NCBI RefSeq assembly: GCF_036321535.1
Contig: NC_087437.1
Location: forward strand, 11,038,001 to 11,102,000
Source of the DNA: Camelus dromedarius
Lineage: Eukaryota
DNA: 64,000 nucleotides
Direction: 5' to 3'
The notes beneath the pieces were generated by a model. The model saw only the letters and a list, made by a program, of their open reading frames with translations. It ran no database searches and was not told the DNA's origin. The translations under genes were made by a program, and so were the position numbers. Every line of letters starts with the position of its first letter. Position 1 is the first letter of the stretch. This document shows, piece after piece, positions 37,147-50,781 of this stretch.

Positions 37147-39711
37147 AAGGGGAGACGCCTGCCCTGGGAAGCCGTTACGTGGGCCCATTTCCGAGCCCCC
37201 TGTACTGGAGCTCACAGCCACCTTGCTCCCTTTACCCGTCTTCAGTTCACCTTCTCTTTCAGTCATCTATTGTTGGCCCTTCTAATGGCAGTTTTACATC
37301 TTTGTGAATCTTGTAGAAATTTTGTACCTTGCGTAATGTTGAACAAATACTCCTGTCTAAATAGACATTTTCAAATTGGTTTCTACGTGGAACACGTTGG
37401 GATTCATTTTGTGCTGCCCTCTTGCTGCCCTGGGTGGCGCCCCAGAGCCTCCTGACTCCCTTCTGAGGCGGCGGCTCTCTCCTGGAGCCAGTCCTCCGTG
37501 CCGTGCCACCCGAGCACAAGCGTCAGGGTCTCCCGAGGAGGAGGCTCTGGCTGCCTGCCCGCGCCAGCAGCTGTCCCCTCGGGCGCCTTCACCTTGGCCG
37601 AGCTCGCGGACCTTCTGTCCCCGATCAGGTTTCTTTGGGGTTGCCGCTGCTGCTCCAGGGCTGTTGACTGCACTGCACTAACTTCGTTGTTTTGCTAAAC
37701 AAACCTCCTGCTCTGATTTTGTGCTCTCCTTTCAGCGGTGTCTTAGTTGGTCTGCCTCCCCAGGGCTTGGTGCCGGGCGTGCTGTTCACAGAACCGCACA
37801 GTGGTGAACATTGATGGCTGTCCCAGGTTTCTGTTGATGTTTGTTTTATCTCATGCTTACGTGGTGTTGAATGTGCCTGTTGGTGAGTCTTTAAACTTGA
37901 GAGCCCTGGTTCTGAATAGAAGCACAACCCAAGCAAGCTGCTAGATAAACTGTTTTTTTTTTTTCTTTTTATTCATTTTGCTTAACTGTGTTTCCTACCA
38001 GTATACTTGCACCTTTATTTGCTGCAAGGCATAAACCCATTTAAACAAAGCCATAAACCCATTTAAGAGTGCTTTTAAAAGAATATTGAATACTAACTTC
38101 TTGAAATAAATAGACAAGACCTAAAATAGCAGGTACACTATATTTTTAAACCATTGCCTATAACAGCAAGCAAATCAAGCATATAGCTAATGGTATTTTC
38201 TCAGCTAAAATCAGAGTATGTGGTTTGGTTGTTTTCTGAAATGTTAATACATTGAACATACAAGATCATGTACATAAACTCAACGTTTTGTTTATTTAGC
38301 AAATAATGACGTACTAAGTGCTACTTGATCGTACTTGGAAAGGAGCTTGGGGTTTCTGGTTAACGGTATCGCTGGGAAACCAGGGAGAGACAGCGTGTGA
38401 ATGTGTTGATACAGTCAAAGGATCTGTGGCTTATTGATAACCCTTCAGGATTGTTACCATGAAGTGACTTCCCCAGAGACAATTTTGTTCTCGCTGTCAC
38501 TGCTCTAATCCAGATTGTTAGATTTCAAAGCCTCTTAATTAGGCTCTCTGCTTCGTTCAGTGAAGGTGGACTGTGTAGCTTCCTATTTCTGAATAGGTTG
38601 ATGTTTTCAGTGTTTGGGGTTTTCATGCTTCTTAAAAGTGACTGTTTTCGCTACACTCCTGTAGGCAATGCAAAGCTATTAAAACCTAAATTGCTTGGTA
38701 GGCATTTAAGGTCCTCTGTGATCTGTTCTCATTTAGTCATTCCAGTTCCATTTTTGACTACATTCCTGCAGGAGACACACATCACATCTCTGTACCAAAA
38801 TTGTTCATTTTGGTCCCCACCCCCACCCTGAAGAAAGCCCACTCGGCTTTTTAAGCATAACGTAGATTCCGTTACACTATGAAACCTCCCCAGTTCTCCT
38901 TAGAGTGAACTTCTGGACCATCTCTGTTCCTGTGTGGTACTTCTGTTTCCATTTTAGTCTGCATTGTACTGTGTATGGTGCACTGTACGTTAAACTGTAT
39001 GTAGGGAGTCCGTAATACTACGCCAGTGGTTTATGCTTAATTTCTGGGAGCCAGTTGGATGCTCATTTGGAAAAATAGCTCATAGTGCCATGTACTGTTG
39101 TGCTTGCAGGAGCTTGAGTTGATAAAGGAGCTGTGTCACAGGGTTTTAAGATGTTATCTTTGTTTTTCCTTTTCATCTTTTCTCTTAGTTTTTATTTTTA
39201 TTAAAATTATATACCAACATAATCCAGAGAGTCTAATGCTTTAAGGTTTGTTTCACAGGAACAGCTGTCCAGCAGCTTTCCCCACGCTCTGCTCTCTGGG
39301 CGGCTCCTGGCACCTCTTTGAGCTGCTTGTGTTGCTCTTAGCACCCTGTTTTTAGGCGGCGTGTCCATGTTTACTTGCTCTTTCAGTTTTGGCAGCAGCT
39401 CTAGATTCACAAGAGTGAGTGGTGAAGATCTAGTTATTTCCTCCCCAGCTACCCCCCCATACTTTCTTTTAAATGTATTTTCTATTGCTTTTTATCACCT
39501 CTCTTCTGTTATTTAAAATTCTTTTAATATACGTGTATGTACTGTTCATTGTGTCTAAGAACAGTTTAGAGCTTTAGCTTTTGAAACTTACATGGTTATC
39601 AAAGGAATAAAGCCAACCACAAGAAAGAATCAACAGAATGCAGTAATAAAGGACAGTCAGATGTGCTTACATGTATTCAAGAAATCAGTCATCTAAGTTA
39701 TAAATACTAAG

Positions 39712-40282
39712 TAGTTCATTTGTGTCCTTTTTTTTAAGATTCCACGTATAAGTGATATCATATGGCATTTTTCTTTCTCTTTCTGGCACACTTCAGTTAG
39801 AATGATGATCTCCAGGTCCATCCCTGTTGCTGCAAATGGCATTAGTTTATTCTTTTTTATGGCTGAGTAGTATTCCATTGTGTATATCTATACCACATCT
39901 TCTTTATCCAGTCATTTATCCGTGGACATTTAGGTTGTTTCCATGTCTTGACTACTGTAAATAGTGCTGCTGTGAACACTGGAGTGCATGTGTCTTTTTG
40001 AATTATATTTTCCTCTGGGTATAAGCCCAGGAGTGGGATTGTTGGATCATATGGTGAGTCTGTTTTTAGTTTTTTAAGGAATCTCCATCCTGTTCTCCAT
40101 AATGGCTGCCCCAATTTACATTCGCACCAACAGTGTAGGAGGGCTTCTTTTTCTCCATACCCTCTCCAGCATTTATCGTTTGAAGGCTTTTTAATGATGG
40201 GCATTCTGGCTGGTGTGAGGTGATAGTGTAGTTTTGATTTGCATTTCTCTAACAGTTAGCAATACTGATCATCTTTTCATCT
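39712..40282 (-). mobile_element. L1 ORF2 C-terminal fragment
   Basis: [37 protein letters not shown]...TWKQPKCPRINDWIKKMWY and MEYYSAIKKNKLMPFAAT. Confidence 0.9.
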
Positions 40283-41104
40283 CCCATACTCTTTTTGTTT
40301 ATGTCACTGTTTGTTACAGCACCGTTTCTACTGTGTGAACATTGTTCACAACTGTACATGGTACTGTGTACCAGGGTGGCAAACTGTGATTACTTTTTTC
40401 CTGCATAACTTTTCCCTCCTGGAGTTAATTTTTCTCTTCCTCTTTTCCTCCTCTTCCTCTCTCCCTACAGCCTCTCTCCCTCCCCACCCCATACTTCTCC
40501 ATACTTTTACAATTTCAGATGCTTTCACGAATGTCTAAACCTCCTCAAAAGACAGGCAGGTGCTTTGGGTATTATATGAATTTCCTATTATCTGAAGAAG
40601 TCTGTCCTGGAGCCTCCGACCTGCTCCAGTCTAGGACTGCTCAGTCTGTGCCCGGCTATCCCACTAGCCTCTCTGGATATGCTCTCTACTCTCTGTTCTG
40701 TCTGCTCTCCATTGAACCTTGTTTCTTTTCTCTTTCACTTACCCGCAGTGTTGCTGTTCAAATCCAAAGGCAAGCTGATTGATTCCTTGTACGTTGTTTC
40801 TCCCTGAAAACTTGATATGTTTGTTTCCCCACAGTGTACTGTGCCCCTTTGAATTTGAAAACTTATGTCCTGGAAGTTTTCTTAAGTTAACCTTTGGACT
40901 TCCTTTGTTTATCCCTTCTGGATCACACTTAACTATTCAAATCTTGGACCTTTTTATGATCCTTTAATTTTTATATTTTTTCTTTCTGATTTTTAGCTGT
41001 CTTTTTTTTACTATCTTGAAAGATTTCAACTTTACCCTTTATTGCATTTTTAAATGTTTCTGTTTGCTTTATTTTTAATTTCCAAAAGCTTCTTTTTCCT
41101 TTTT

Positions 41105-41385
41105 TCCCCTACTTCCCAGTTTTATTGAAATATAATTGACATATAACGTTGTATTAGTTTAAGGTGTATAATGTGATGATGTGATATGTGTATATACTGT
41201 GTAATGATTGCTACAGTAAGTTCAGTTAATACCCATCACCACACACAGTGACACAATTTTTTTTCTTGTGATGAGAACTTTCAAGATCTCTCAAATGTAT
41301 TATTACCTGTAGTCACTGTGCTGTGTATGACATCCCCAGGATTTATTTTATTATTGAAAGTTTGTGCTTTTTGACCACCTTCACT
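41105..41385 (-). mobile_element. L1 3' end fragment (L1MA9-like)
   Basis: ttttattgaaatataattgacatataacgttgtattagtttaaggtgtata...gtgatgagaactttcaagatct. Confidence 0.8.
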
Positions 41386-43639
41386 CACACACACACACCC
41401 ATCTTTTCTGAATGTTGTTTTGTTTTAGCCATTTTGTTGTTTCACTGAAGCAGTATCTTCTATCCTCTGGATATTAATGATAAGTTTATTTAAACATTTC
41501 CTTTGTAATTTCTGATCTAATTGATAAGCTTGCAGTTTGTTTTGCTCTTTGTTTGCCATGTTTTGGGTAGCCGTCACTTAGGGGAGCCTTTAAAGTCAGT
41601 CTGTGGCTGTTTCGTTGCCCCAAGGAGCCGGCCTGGGGCATGAGGGCCAGGCTGTGTGGTGGGAGCGGAGGATGGAGACTGGCCAGTGTCACTCCTCTGC
41701 CCTCATCCACGTTCGTGTCCCCGGGTTCTGAGGCCCTCGATTTCAGCCTCTCTAAAATAAACCTCAGCCTGACGGGATTTCTGTTGCGGTGTAACAGATA
41801 ACTGCGACTTTAGCAGCCCCCAACCATACACACATTTAGGACGTACAGTTACCGTGGGTCAGGAGTCGGGGCACAGCGTTGCTGGTCCTCAGTTCAGGGT
41901 CTCTGGAGGCTGTGACCCAGGATGCTCAGGGTTCACGGCCGGCAGTTGAGCGGGGGCGGGTTCCTCTCCAGTCGCCAGGGCCAGTCTCCCGTGACTCTTG
42001 CTGAACCTGGCCTGACCTCGGCTGGGGTGATGCTGAGGGACAAGTGGTGAGAAGTTACCTGTCCTAGAGGGTCTCAGAACTCTGCTCGTATCCAGTTGGA
42101 CCCAGTCCTTATTCTAGAACCTTTCCCTGCATCGCTTTTAACTTCCACAGGCGCCTCAAATTCCTGACGCTTCTGGGGAGTTCATGCGGCGTGATGGCCC
42201 ACACATTGTGGGCTGGTGGGCGTGGGCTGAGCTTTCCTGACAGCCAGTTCAGGGTTCTGTCTGCGATGGCTCACGTCCTTTACGACTTGTCTGTTGTCTG
42301 CCAGCTTCTGTTGACCTTGCCTCCTTTCCTGCTCTTCCCATCTTCTTGGGTTTATGCCTTTTTTAGAAAATCTCTTGACTGTCCTGCTGGTGGAGCTTGG
42401 AGAAGAGATTGAAGGTGGTACATGTATTCAGTCACTGTCTTTGTGCACGTGTTCCAAGGTGGCTAATTCCCTCCTTAGGTTAGGGTTTCATTTTCCTGTA
42501 TTTCTATTCTTTACCCTGGTTCTACAGTCCTGTGTGGCCTCCTCGCCTCTTAATGAGAACTTTTCTTGCTTTTTGGCCTTTTCTATAAAGCTTATCCTGA
42601 ATAGGCATATATTTCAGCAGTTAGTTCTCTGAGAGTGTATTTCGTATAAAATTGGAAATTACTAGCTGACATTTTTGTCAGGACCCTTTTCTGTTTGGGG
42701 ATAATGCTTTGTACTCCCTTCGGTATTAAATGATTAGAATCATTTTAGGAAGGGACTGTTACTAGCATGAGGTTACATATGCATTACATGTGTTCATTTA
42801 CAAGCCAGAAAGGTGGCTGGCCGGTGGCCACCAGTGACAGTCCTGTGTGTCTGCTTACCAGTCCCGATACTGGACTTGGGCGACTTGGGCAGCTGTGAAA
42901 CGTCACATGTGGACGTGACACCTGGGCCTCTTCGGCACCGGCTGCAGCACCTGTTAAAGCTTCTGTTGCTCCGGCTGACCCGGAAGGGCGGGTGTAGACA
43001 GCAGGACAGACCTGGCCGTGAGATTCAGCAGTGAGAAAGAAGCCAGACCTCCCCTCCGAGCCCAGCCCTGTATTTGACACACAGGGCATAGCTTCAGCCA
43101 TTCAGCCTCTTGGCCCTCTGCAAATATGAATAGCCTTCCCTTTCTCTCCTGGCCAGCGGGGGCCGAGAAAGCAGCCCACGACTCCAAGTGCAGTAAATAG
43201 CTCTCCTCACCCCCTGACCTGCAATTTCCTGGTGGTTCTGAATTGTAGATCCTGCAGAGGCGCAGGAGGTTGCGGAGGCCTCAGTTTCACAGAGCTCTGA
43301 GCAGCGGGAGGTGGCGCACCCTCGGGCAGGGGCTGACCTCCGCTCAGTGCAGGTCGTTTCGTGATCGCGGGGCCTCCCGGTGCCGCTGTGAGCTAGAATG
43401 GAGCGGAGCGGAGCGGATCCGAATTCCTGGGCTACGTCCGGGACCAAACCAACTTCTGAGCTGGGAAAGTAGGTGTCATGTTCTATACCTGTTTTTAAGC
43501 CCCCCTCTTTTTCTCTCTGCAGTTTAGGAGCATAGTATTTGGACTGTTACTCGGTTGAACTCATGCTTGTTTCCCAAAATTATCTTTTGATTTTAATTAA
43601 GCTAGAGTTTTGTGTGTGTGTGTGTGTTTTGTTTGTGTT

Positions 43640-43780
43640 TTGAGTGAAGGTAGATTTATTCAGAGAGATACATACTCCATAGACAGAGTGCAGGCCATCT
43701 TAAAAGGCAAGAGAAAGGCTTAGAAGATATTCCACAGGTGGAATGTGGGCCATCTTACTCAGAAGGGAGAGAGCAGCCTT
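43640..43780. mobile_element. Probable ERV LTR fragment
   Basis: gaaggtagatttattcagagagatacatactccatagacagagtgcaggccatct, with a degenerate internal repeat (tccacaggtggaatgtgggccatct). Family not assigned. Confidence 0.5.
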
Positions 43781-46164
43781 AGAGCCTAGGTCAGCTAGGA
43801 AAAAGGAGATTGGCCAAGCTGGAGATTTTCATCATTTTTGGAGTTGTCACATTATTTGCACAATCCCCTCTTCTCCACACTAAGTGCTCCGTGTGGTATG
43901 TATATATGTTCAGTTAAGTCATTTCTACAAATAAAGGGAGTCAGTTTTTAAGAAATTTTAGTAACACCTCTTAGCAGATCACAAGATTTTCTTGTTCCTG
44001 TTTAATTCCAGCCTCCATCCAAATGGGACAGAGAAATGAAATAATAAAGTAGGAAAGGCAGACTAGTAAATGTGATTAAATGGACTTGGCGGTGAATCCA
44101 GAGGAGGCAGTTTTATTAGAAGCTCTGTGAATACAGTGGAGAGAGTACCAGTGTAGGAAAGCCTGGATCGCATTGGCCGGAACTGTGACTTCTAGCTCTG
44201 GGACTTTGTACAAACACGTCACTTAACCTCCTGAATCTGTTTACCCATCTTTAAAATGGAGATAATGTTATCGTTCCTGATACAAAAGATTTGGGTAAAG
44301 ATCAGAAAAGTCAAAGTTTATGAAAGGATTGTGGAAATGGTATGTTTCTCTGCAAAGTGTTGGGTATTTTCCGCTTTTACGTTTATTTTTTACGTTGGTT
44401 CTTGGAATGATATTTTAAATGTCCGTATATTAGGTCAGAACAAACATATCTAGTAAGTTCTGGAGAGTTGAATTCAAACTTTGTTTTGCTTGTACTTGGG
44501 TAAAATGTTCATTTACTTTATTAGGGTGTAATATACATACGGTTAAATTCACCCACCTCAGTCTTGGATGTTTTGACTCTTTAGATAGACTTTGGACAAA
44601 CTGAACAGATGATCTTAGCTAGCAGCTGGTATTTGGTAGGCGGGTCTGCCAAGTGGTCTGTCAGATCCCCTTGCCTTACTTTGAAAAGTACCTGCCTCCT
44701 GCTGTTGCAGGAAGTGTGATCCTCTTTGATTAGCACCATCAGGAGGGTTTGTAGTCTCTGAGCTCTGCCTTTGAGATCAAGGCAGAAAGAAGCGGGTAGG
44801 AGAGAGCCCTTGAGCTGAAGAGAGGAGGGAGGTGGCGGCAGGGCAGGGTGATGGCGCCGCTCAGCTAGGTATGTCCAAGCTTGCAAAGTGAATGTTGGTG
44901 GGAGGTTTCATGACAGGTCTCCGAGCTGGGGATGGGAGCAGTCACAGTCATTTCCTATGGCTGACTTACTTGAGCTCTTCACCCAGAGATGTGATCAACC
45001 AGTGGGTCGCTGTGGAAACTGTCGGCCTCAGTGAGCAGGAATGAACTTGTCAAGTCTCCCTCCGCTCCTTGGTGATGCTGTTCTAAACCAGTCTGTGGAA
45101 ACTGGGCTCAGATAGCCTAGATCGAGTACCCGCCAGTCCCCTAGACCCTTAAAGCACTGGCTTCCTGGTCAGAAACCCTCCTCACCCCAGGGGAACCGTA
45201 GTTACTGCACTTTCTCCGTTACTTTTTCTGCTTCTGGGTGGATTAGATTCTATTTCTCCTACCCTTTGTAGAAGGGCAATACATTCTTACTGTAAAAGTG
45301 AAACATGATCATTTTTTAAATCCCAGTCGTTTAGATCTGTTTAAAGGAGAAAATAAATCCCCTGCATCTTACCCTGTAGGTGTGATCTCTGTTCACAGTT
45401 TGGATTTCTTACAGAAGTGAGGTTGCTCTGCCTGCTGTCAGGAAACCTGCTTTGTCAGTTAAGCGTCCAGTATGGATTTCTTTAAACCCTGTTTAGTGTG
45501 CAGACTTCATCTCTCTTAAGAGCTGCAGAGTGTGCATACTACAATTTATTTAACTTATCTCCTGTTGATAATTTAGCTTGTTTCAAAAACTTTTAAATCA
45601 TACAGAAGGTTCTTATAAATATCCTGATACTGTAGCCACGTGCACATGGCCAGTGATTTCCTCCGGTTAAGTTCCAAGAAGCAGAATTTCTGTGTCAAAG
45701 GGTATCCTGGGTTTATATTTGAATATGTTATGCCTACTAAAAGGACTGCTAATTTGCTCCCCCACAAGCAATGGAAGTGTCTGTTTCATCATACAATTAA
45801 CACAGATTTTCAGCCTTACATTTCTGTGAGTCCTGATAGGAAAAATGTGCCTCGTGTTTAATTTGCATTTTTCTGAGTCTGAGTAAGATTAAGAATTTGT
45901 TTATTGGCCATATACGTTTCTTTTGAGAAATGCCTGTGTACTTTTGTCCATTGCTATTAGCATGTTTAACGTTTTTCCAAAGTCAGGATGTTAACCCGTA
46001 ATCATGCACTGCGATATCTCCCCCCCCCCCCCGATAAACTGTTTCTGGTATCTTTCTGTGAAGGATCTTCAGTTTTCGGTAGTCACGTATGTTCATGTTT
46101 TCCTCTGTGTGTAACTTCTTTGGTGTCTGGGCTTTGGTTCCCCCAGAAGGAGACCGTTGAGGAT

Positions 46165-46765
46165 TGGAATGCAGGTAGTTCAGTCGTGTAAGGAACACAG
46201 GTGGAGGTAGGAAGGAGCAACGGGAAGAAAAGACTGTCCATAAAGATGCCTTCTTAGCCAGCTCCCACAGCAGAAGGCACCCAAGGGGGAACTCCAGGGA
46301 CCTGGGTAAGCGCTTGCCCCGGTTGTCCCGCCCAGCAATCAGCTGTTGTTCGAAGGCTCCTCTTGAGAAGTGTTCCAGTAACTTCTTGCTGTCTTACAAG
46401 AACATTCTAAATTACCAGTGTAAAACAGCGGCCTCCATCACAACCTCATATGTCTGGGGCCGACTGGGCTGGGAGGACTCAGGTGACCGGGGGCTGGGAC
46501 ACCTGGGGTCCTCGGTCCTCCCCCACTCTGCGTCTGTCCGCATGGTCTCTCCAGGATGTAGGTCCGGTTAGTCAGACTTCTTATGTGGGATGTAGGGCTT
46601 CCTAGGTGCACAGACAGACAGCCTGGGGGAAGGGAGAGACCATCTCACCTTCTAAAAAATGACCTAGCTTGGGGAGTCACACTGTCTCCCTTAGGGAGGG
46701 CAGTTAGACTCTACCTCTTGGAGGCGTGTCAGAGAATCTGTGGGTTGTGTTGTAAAGTTACCACC
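46165..46765. mobile_element. Probable MaLR (MLT1-type) LTR remnants
   Basis: ggtctctccagg...gtcagacttcttatgtgg...agggcttcc is an MLT1-like motif; a similar fragment lies at about 41778-41915. Confidence 0.4.
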
Positions 46766-47099
46766 GCGTTAATTTACCTGCACTTCCTGCCCGTTGCCAC
46801 TGACCGAAAAGCTTTTAGACACAGAGGTAGAGACAGGGCTGCTGGTGTTTGACAGAAGCTTGTTGGAACCTCGGGCCTGGGGACGCGGACAAGGCACCCA
46901 GGGCATCGGCTGCAGGGTGTCAAGATAAGAATGTCTCCCCACCCACAATGTAAAGCTGTTCACTTCTGTTTCCTTCTAGCACCTGTTTAAAGCTTTTAGT
47001 TTTTGTTTTGTTTCTTTTAATATCTGATGGGAATGAGTCAGACACTTGTTTCAATGGTTAGCCACTTATGCTGTAGTATTATTTTAAAATAATTTACCC

Positions 47100-47515
47100 G
47101 GCAGTTCTCATTTGTTTCAGGACCCCATTACACTCCTGAAAATTATTACAAACACCAAAGAACTTTTTTGTTTATGTGATTAATTATGGATTTTTACTGC
47201 ATTCAAAGTTAAAACCAAAACATTAAAAAATATTAGTAATTTATTTTAAACTAACAAAAAACATGTTAACATATACTCCATTTTCCAAATATAAAAAACC
47301 TAGACAAATGGTACCGCTTACCGCATTTACACATTGCTTTAACGTCTGACGTAAGGACTATCCTGTGTGCTTCTGCGTTCAGACGGTTCCTGGGTCACAC
47401 TGCACGCAGTCTCAGGAAGACTGCACAGTACGACTGGGAGATGGAGAGGGGAAAAGGCAAATAGTGTTTTAGAACTGTGAAAACAGTTTTGGCCTGTGGG
47501 CTTGCGGAAAACTGC
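47100..47515. mobile_element. Charlie1-like hAT remnant
   Basis: caggaccccattacactcctgaaaattatt...ccaaagaacttttttgtttatgtg and aaaggcaaatagtgttttag...gaaaacagttttg. Confidence 0.65.
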
Positions 47516-48379
47516 TCATCTGGTCTTTCCCTGGTAATGTCGATGCCAGCTTTAGCTGAAAGCGTTTCATCCTCCAAATCCACATGCGCTCTGTGCGGAG
47601 GGAAGTTGTAGGGAGCTGGACCTCAGATGGGAGACGCCTGCTTGCGGTGTTTACTCAAAGCCCTGGAAGGAGGAGGCGGGCTGAGGATGAAGAGCAGAAA
47701 GGCAGCAAGATGGTAGAATCAGGAGCCAGGCGGGGGCTCCAGGTCAATCGGCAGTGCGGGGATGTGGCCAGGGGCCCCTCATAGATAGATGAAGTATATA
47801 ACATCCAAACTGGAACACTTGTAAGGGCAATAAAATTTTAAATTATTATTAAATAAAAGCTTTATCAAACAATAAAATAATTATAGAATTCACACCATGT
47901 AATAAATGATCCCAAAAAGCACTGCAGCAGAATAGATCAGGCAGCTCCCTGGGCTCTGACGAGGTACGGAACCTCTTTTCTGAGCATTTACACTCCTGTC
48001 ACTTCCCCACCTGCCCCACCTGGGGCTGCACAAACGGTAAGTGTGAGCTGATGGGAACCTTTATGATAATTGCGTAGCCAACGATGTGCTCTAGAATCTT
48101 TTCTCAGAATTGAGTAAAACCCAGTCAGTTCTTTTTTGAGAATTTTGGTCTTTAAATAGCTTTCCTTGTGACACCGTTGCTTTTGAGGACCAGCACTAAA
48201 TGTGTGGAAGGTACCGGTGTTAACAGTGTGCCTTACCCCCTAAAAAGTCTAAACAGGACACTCGATTTCCGCCCAGCTGCCTCTCCTTTACCCTCAGTAC
48301 AGTTAGCATCCTGATAGAAGAGCTGCTTGTGCTCAGCAGACCCTGTGGATGGAGAACTGGACTCAGTTGATTCCGGTTA

Positions 48380-48714
48380 CAGTTGACTCTTGGACGACAC
48401 AGGGGTTGGGGGCCCCTTGCACAACTTCCCCCAGATTTCAACTACTTATAACCTACTGTTGACCGGAAACCTTACTAATAACATAAACATTAACATTTAT
48501 TTTATATGTTGTAGGTATGTCTGCATTTATTTTATGCATTCATGGCATACCTAAGTTTTTCTTAATTTTTCAGTATTTCTTGGCTACACAATTCAGCTAT
48601 GAATTTTCTCAAACTGTCGCAGGTCTCCCCAAATTTTCCAGTATATTTATTGAAAAAAATCTGCTCTTAAGTGGACCCTCACAGTTCAAACTGGTGTTGC
48701 TCAAGGGTCAGCTG
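48380..48714. mobile_element. Tigger2a-like MITE
   Basis: Terminal inverted repeats TA|cagttgactcttggacgacac ... gtgttgctcaagggtcagctg, with internal cctactgttgaccggaaaccttactaataacataaac. Confidence 0.82.
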
Positions 48715-50781
48715 TCCTCACTTAGATGGCTGATTTATATATGCTAATAATACAAGCACTGCCCCTGAAAAGTCAGGGCTCAGCCACTTGATGCTAAGGC
48801 AGACACAGCAGCCCTGCTTTCTTTTAGTGGGAATGGATGGGTAATCACCTTAGAGCTTGTGCTCTGACTATTTTTCTTATTTCTCTGGGAAAAAAAACAA
48901 ATTAGAATTGTTCTAGGTCAGGCTTGTGTAGTTCCTGCAGAAAAGAGCTATGGTCTGTTCCTCCTTAATCCTGACTAGCGACCTGTTCAACCTTGCATAG
49001 GAAGGTGGCTTTTGAGACACTGGGCACCTTTTCATTCTCCGTAATCATTCCTGTGTGTCGTCCCCACCACCTGATTTTTTAGGCCCTTGGCTTGGGGCTG
49101 CTTTGCCATTTCACTTGCTTGTTGCCTACCCCCACTTCTGTACCACTAGTCTCGAAGTTAAAGCACACTGCATAGCTCAGTTCACTAAAAACTCAGTACT
49201 TAGCCATCCCTGGTTGAGAATAAGGAACCCGATGGCCACGTGGGTTTTTAGGCCTGCAGTTCTTTCAGTGTCCCTATTGGAATATCTTTCAAATTATCTT
49301 GAAACTAGGTTTTTTTTTAAAAATTGTGTCCTTACTCTGTGTGCATCGAATTCTTTTTCAGAATTGGAATATAAATTTCCAGAAGGGCTCTGTGGCTGCT
49401 TTTTTTCTAAAGCAGTACCATGTAAGATAAAATGCCAATTGAATGGCTAGCTGGGCAGGACTGAGCTTTTATGGTGTTTTGTTTTTTCACCTATCTGGAA
49501 ACGCCGTCATGTAATCTGCACAGCGGCACATGTTTTGACCAGCTAGTTAAATATTGTTAATTGCTATTAGGCCTACAAGCCCTGTAGTATGTGAGGAAAA
49601 TTACTACTCTCTAGAAACTAGAATCCGATGTAAGATTGTGCGCCCACATAGCTGTAGCATTCTGTGTAAATCATCTACAGGCAGTCTGTTCTCTTCTGAT
49701 TTGGAACAGATTTCAGAAATGAACTCTGCAGCTTCCGCAGGCCTCACACCAGCCTAGGGCTTCATGAAGAGTATGGTATAAATTCCTTTTAGGTTTGTCT
49801 ACTTCCTGCCGGAGGAAGACCGTAGGTGCCCTTTCCTCAGTGTTGGCGTAACAGGACTTCGGGGGCTTTGTGGGGAGGCTTCTTAGGGACATGGATCATA
49901 CTGTTTCCAGTTTTACGTTTGAGTTAGTTTTCCCTCTTACATGTAGGCAAACGCACCCTCTGGACCTGCTCTGTTCCGGCACACCTGCTTAGATGCACAG
50001 AGGACCACTGATGCGAATTCTTATGTGAGCACCAGCTCTTCTGGGGAGTCCCTTGGGTTGGCCCTTGGTCTGAAAGTTCTTTCCAGGGGCCAGGAACCTG
50101 ACGTACATGCCAGGCTGCACCACCTTGTTTGTATGAGGAGGCTCCTCGCTTACTGGGAAGGACTGTGACAGTGGTTGTGCCCTCCTTTTTAATAGCCCTC
50201 ACCAAGCCATGTCACTCGCCTGGTGGTCACTTCAGTGAGGTTTTCTGATTTTTCAAGTTCCTTCTGCTACTCACTCTTAGATTACAGGCGGCTACTGTTT
50301 TATGAAGGAATGCTGAGGACAACACGTTTTTTGTTTTTGTTTTATAAAATTCCTCTGGTTGTGTTAAATAGATCCCACGGAGAAAGGCGGCTTTCATTCC
50401 CTAGAGAGTGTGTCTACCGGGAGGTGATTGTGGAAGGTGAGGATTCCTTCTGGTAGATTGGTAAAATGGATTCATGCTATTTTATCACATTCTTCGTGAA
50501 TTTCTTAGCAAAAGAAGAGTAAATTAAGAATGGACTTCGGGCGGTGTGTTTGCTGTGGGGAGCACAGCTCTGGTTGTGGATCTCTTCCTGTAAACATGCC
50601 TGAGTTCCGTGCATGCTGTGGATGTTGATCTCAACAGAGCTGAAGCAGCAGCAGGTTGATACTTGTTTCTTCCTGCGAAGAATTAGACAGTGAAGAAGGG
50701 AGCTAGATAATACAAATAGTAACTTAGAGCTAGAAGATTAGAAAGCGGAGTCGGTGTTCATTACCACTTAATGTCCTCCGT

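Noticed and set aside
43415..43426. Adjacent BamHI-EcoRI sites GGATCCGAATTC resembling a vector polylinker
   Set aside because: No further polylinker or vector sequence flanks it. The context looks like a degenerate MIR B-box region, so this is a chance match.
48034..48042. Strong donor ACG|GTAAGT
   Set aside because: No convincing upstream acceptor or promoter to define an exon.
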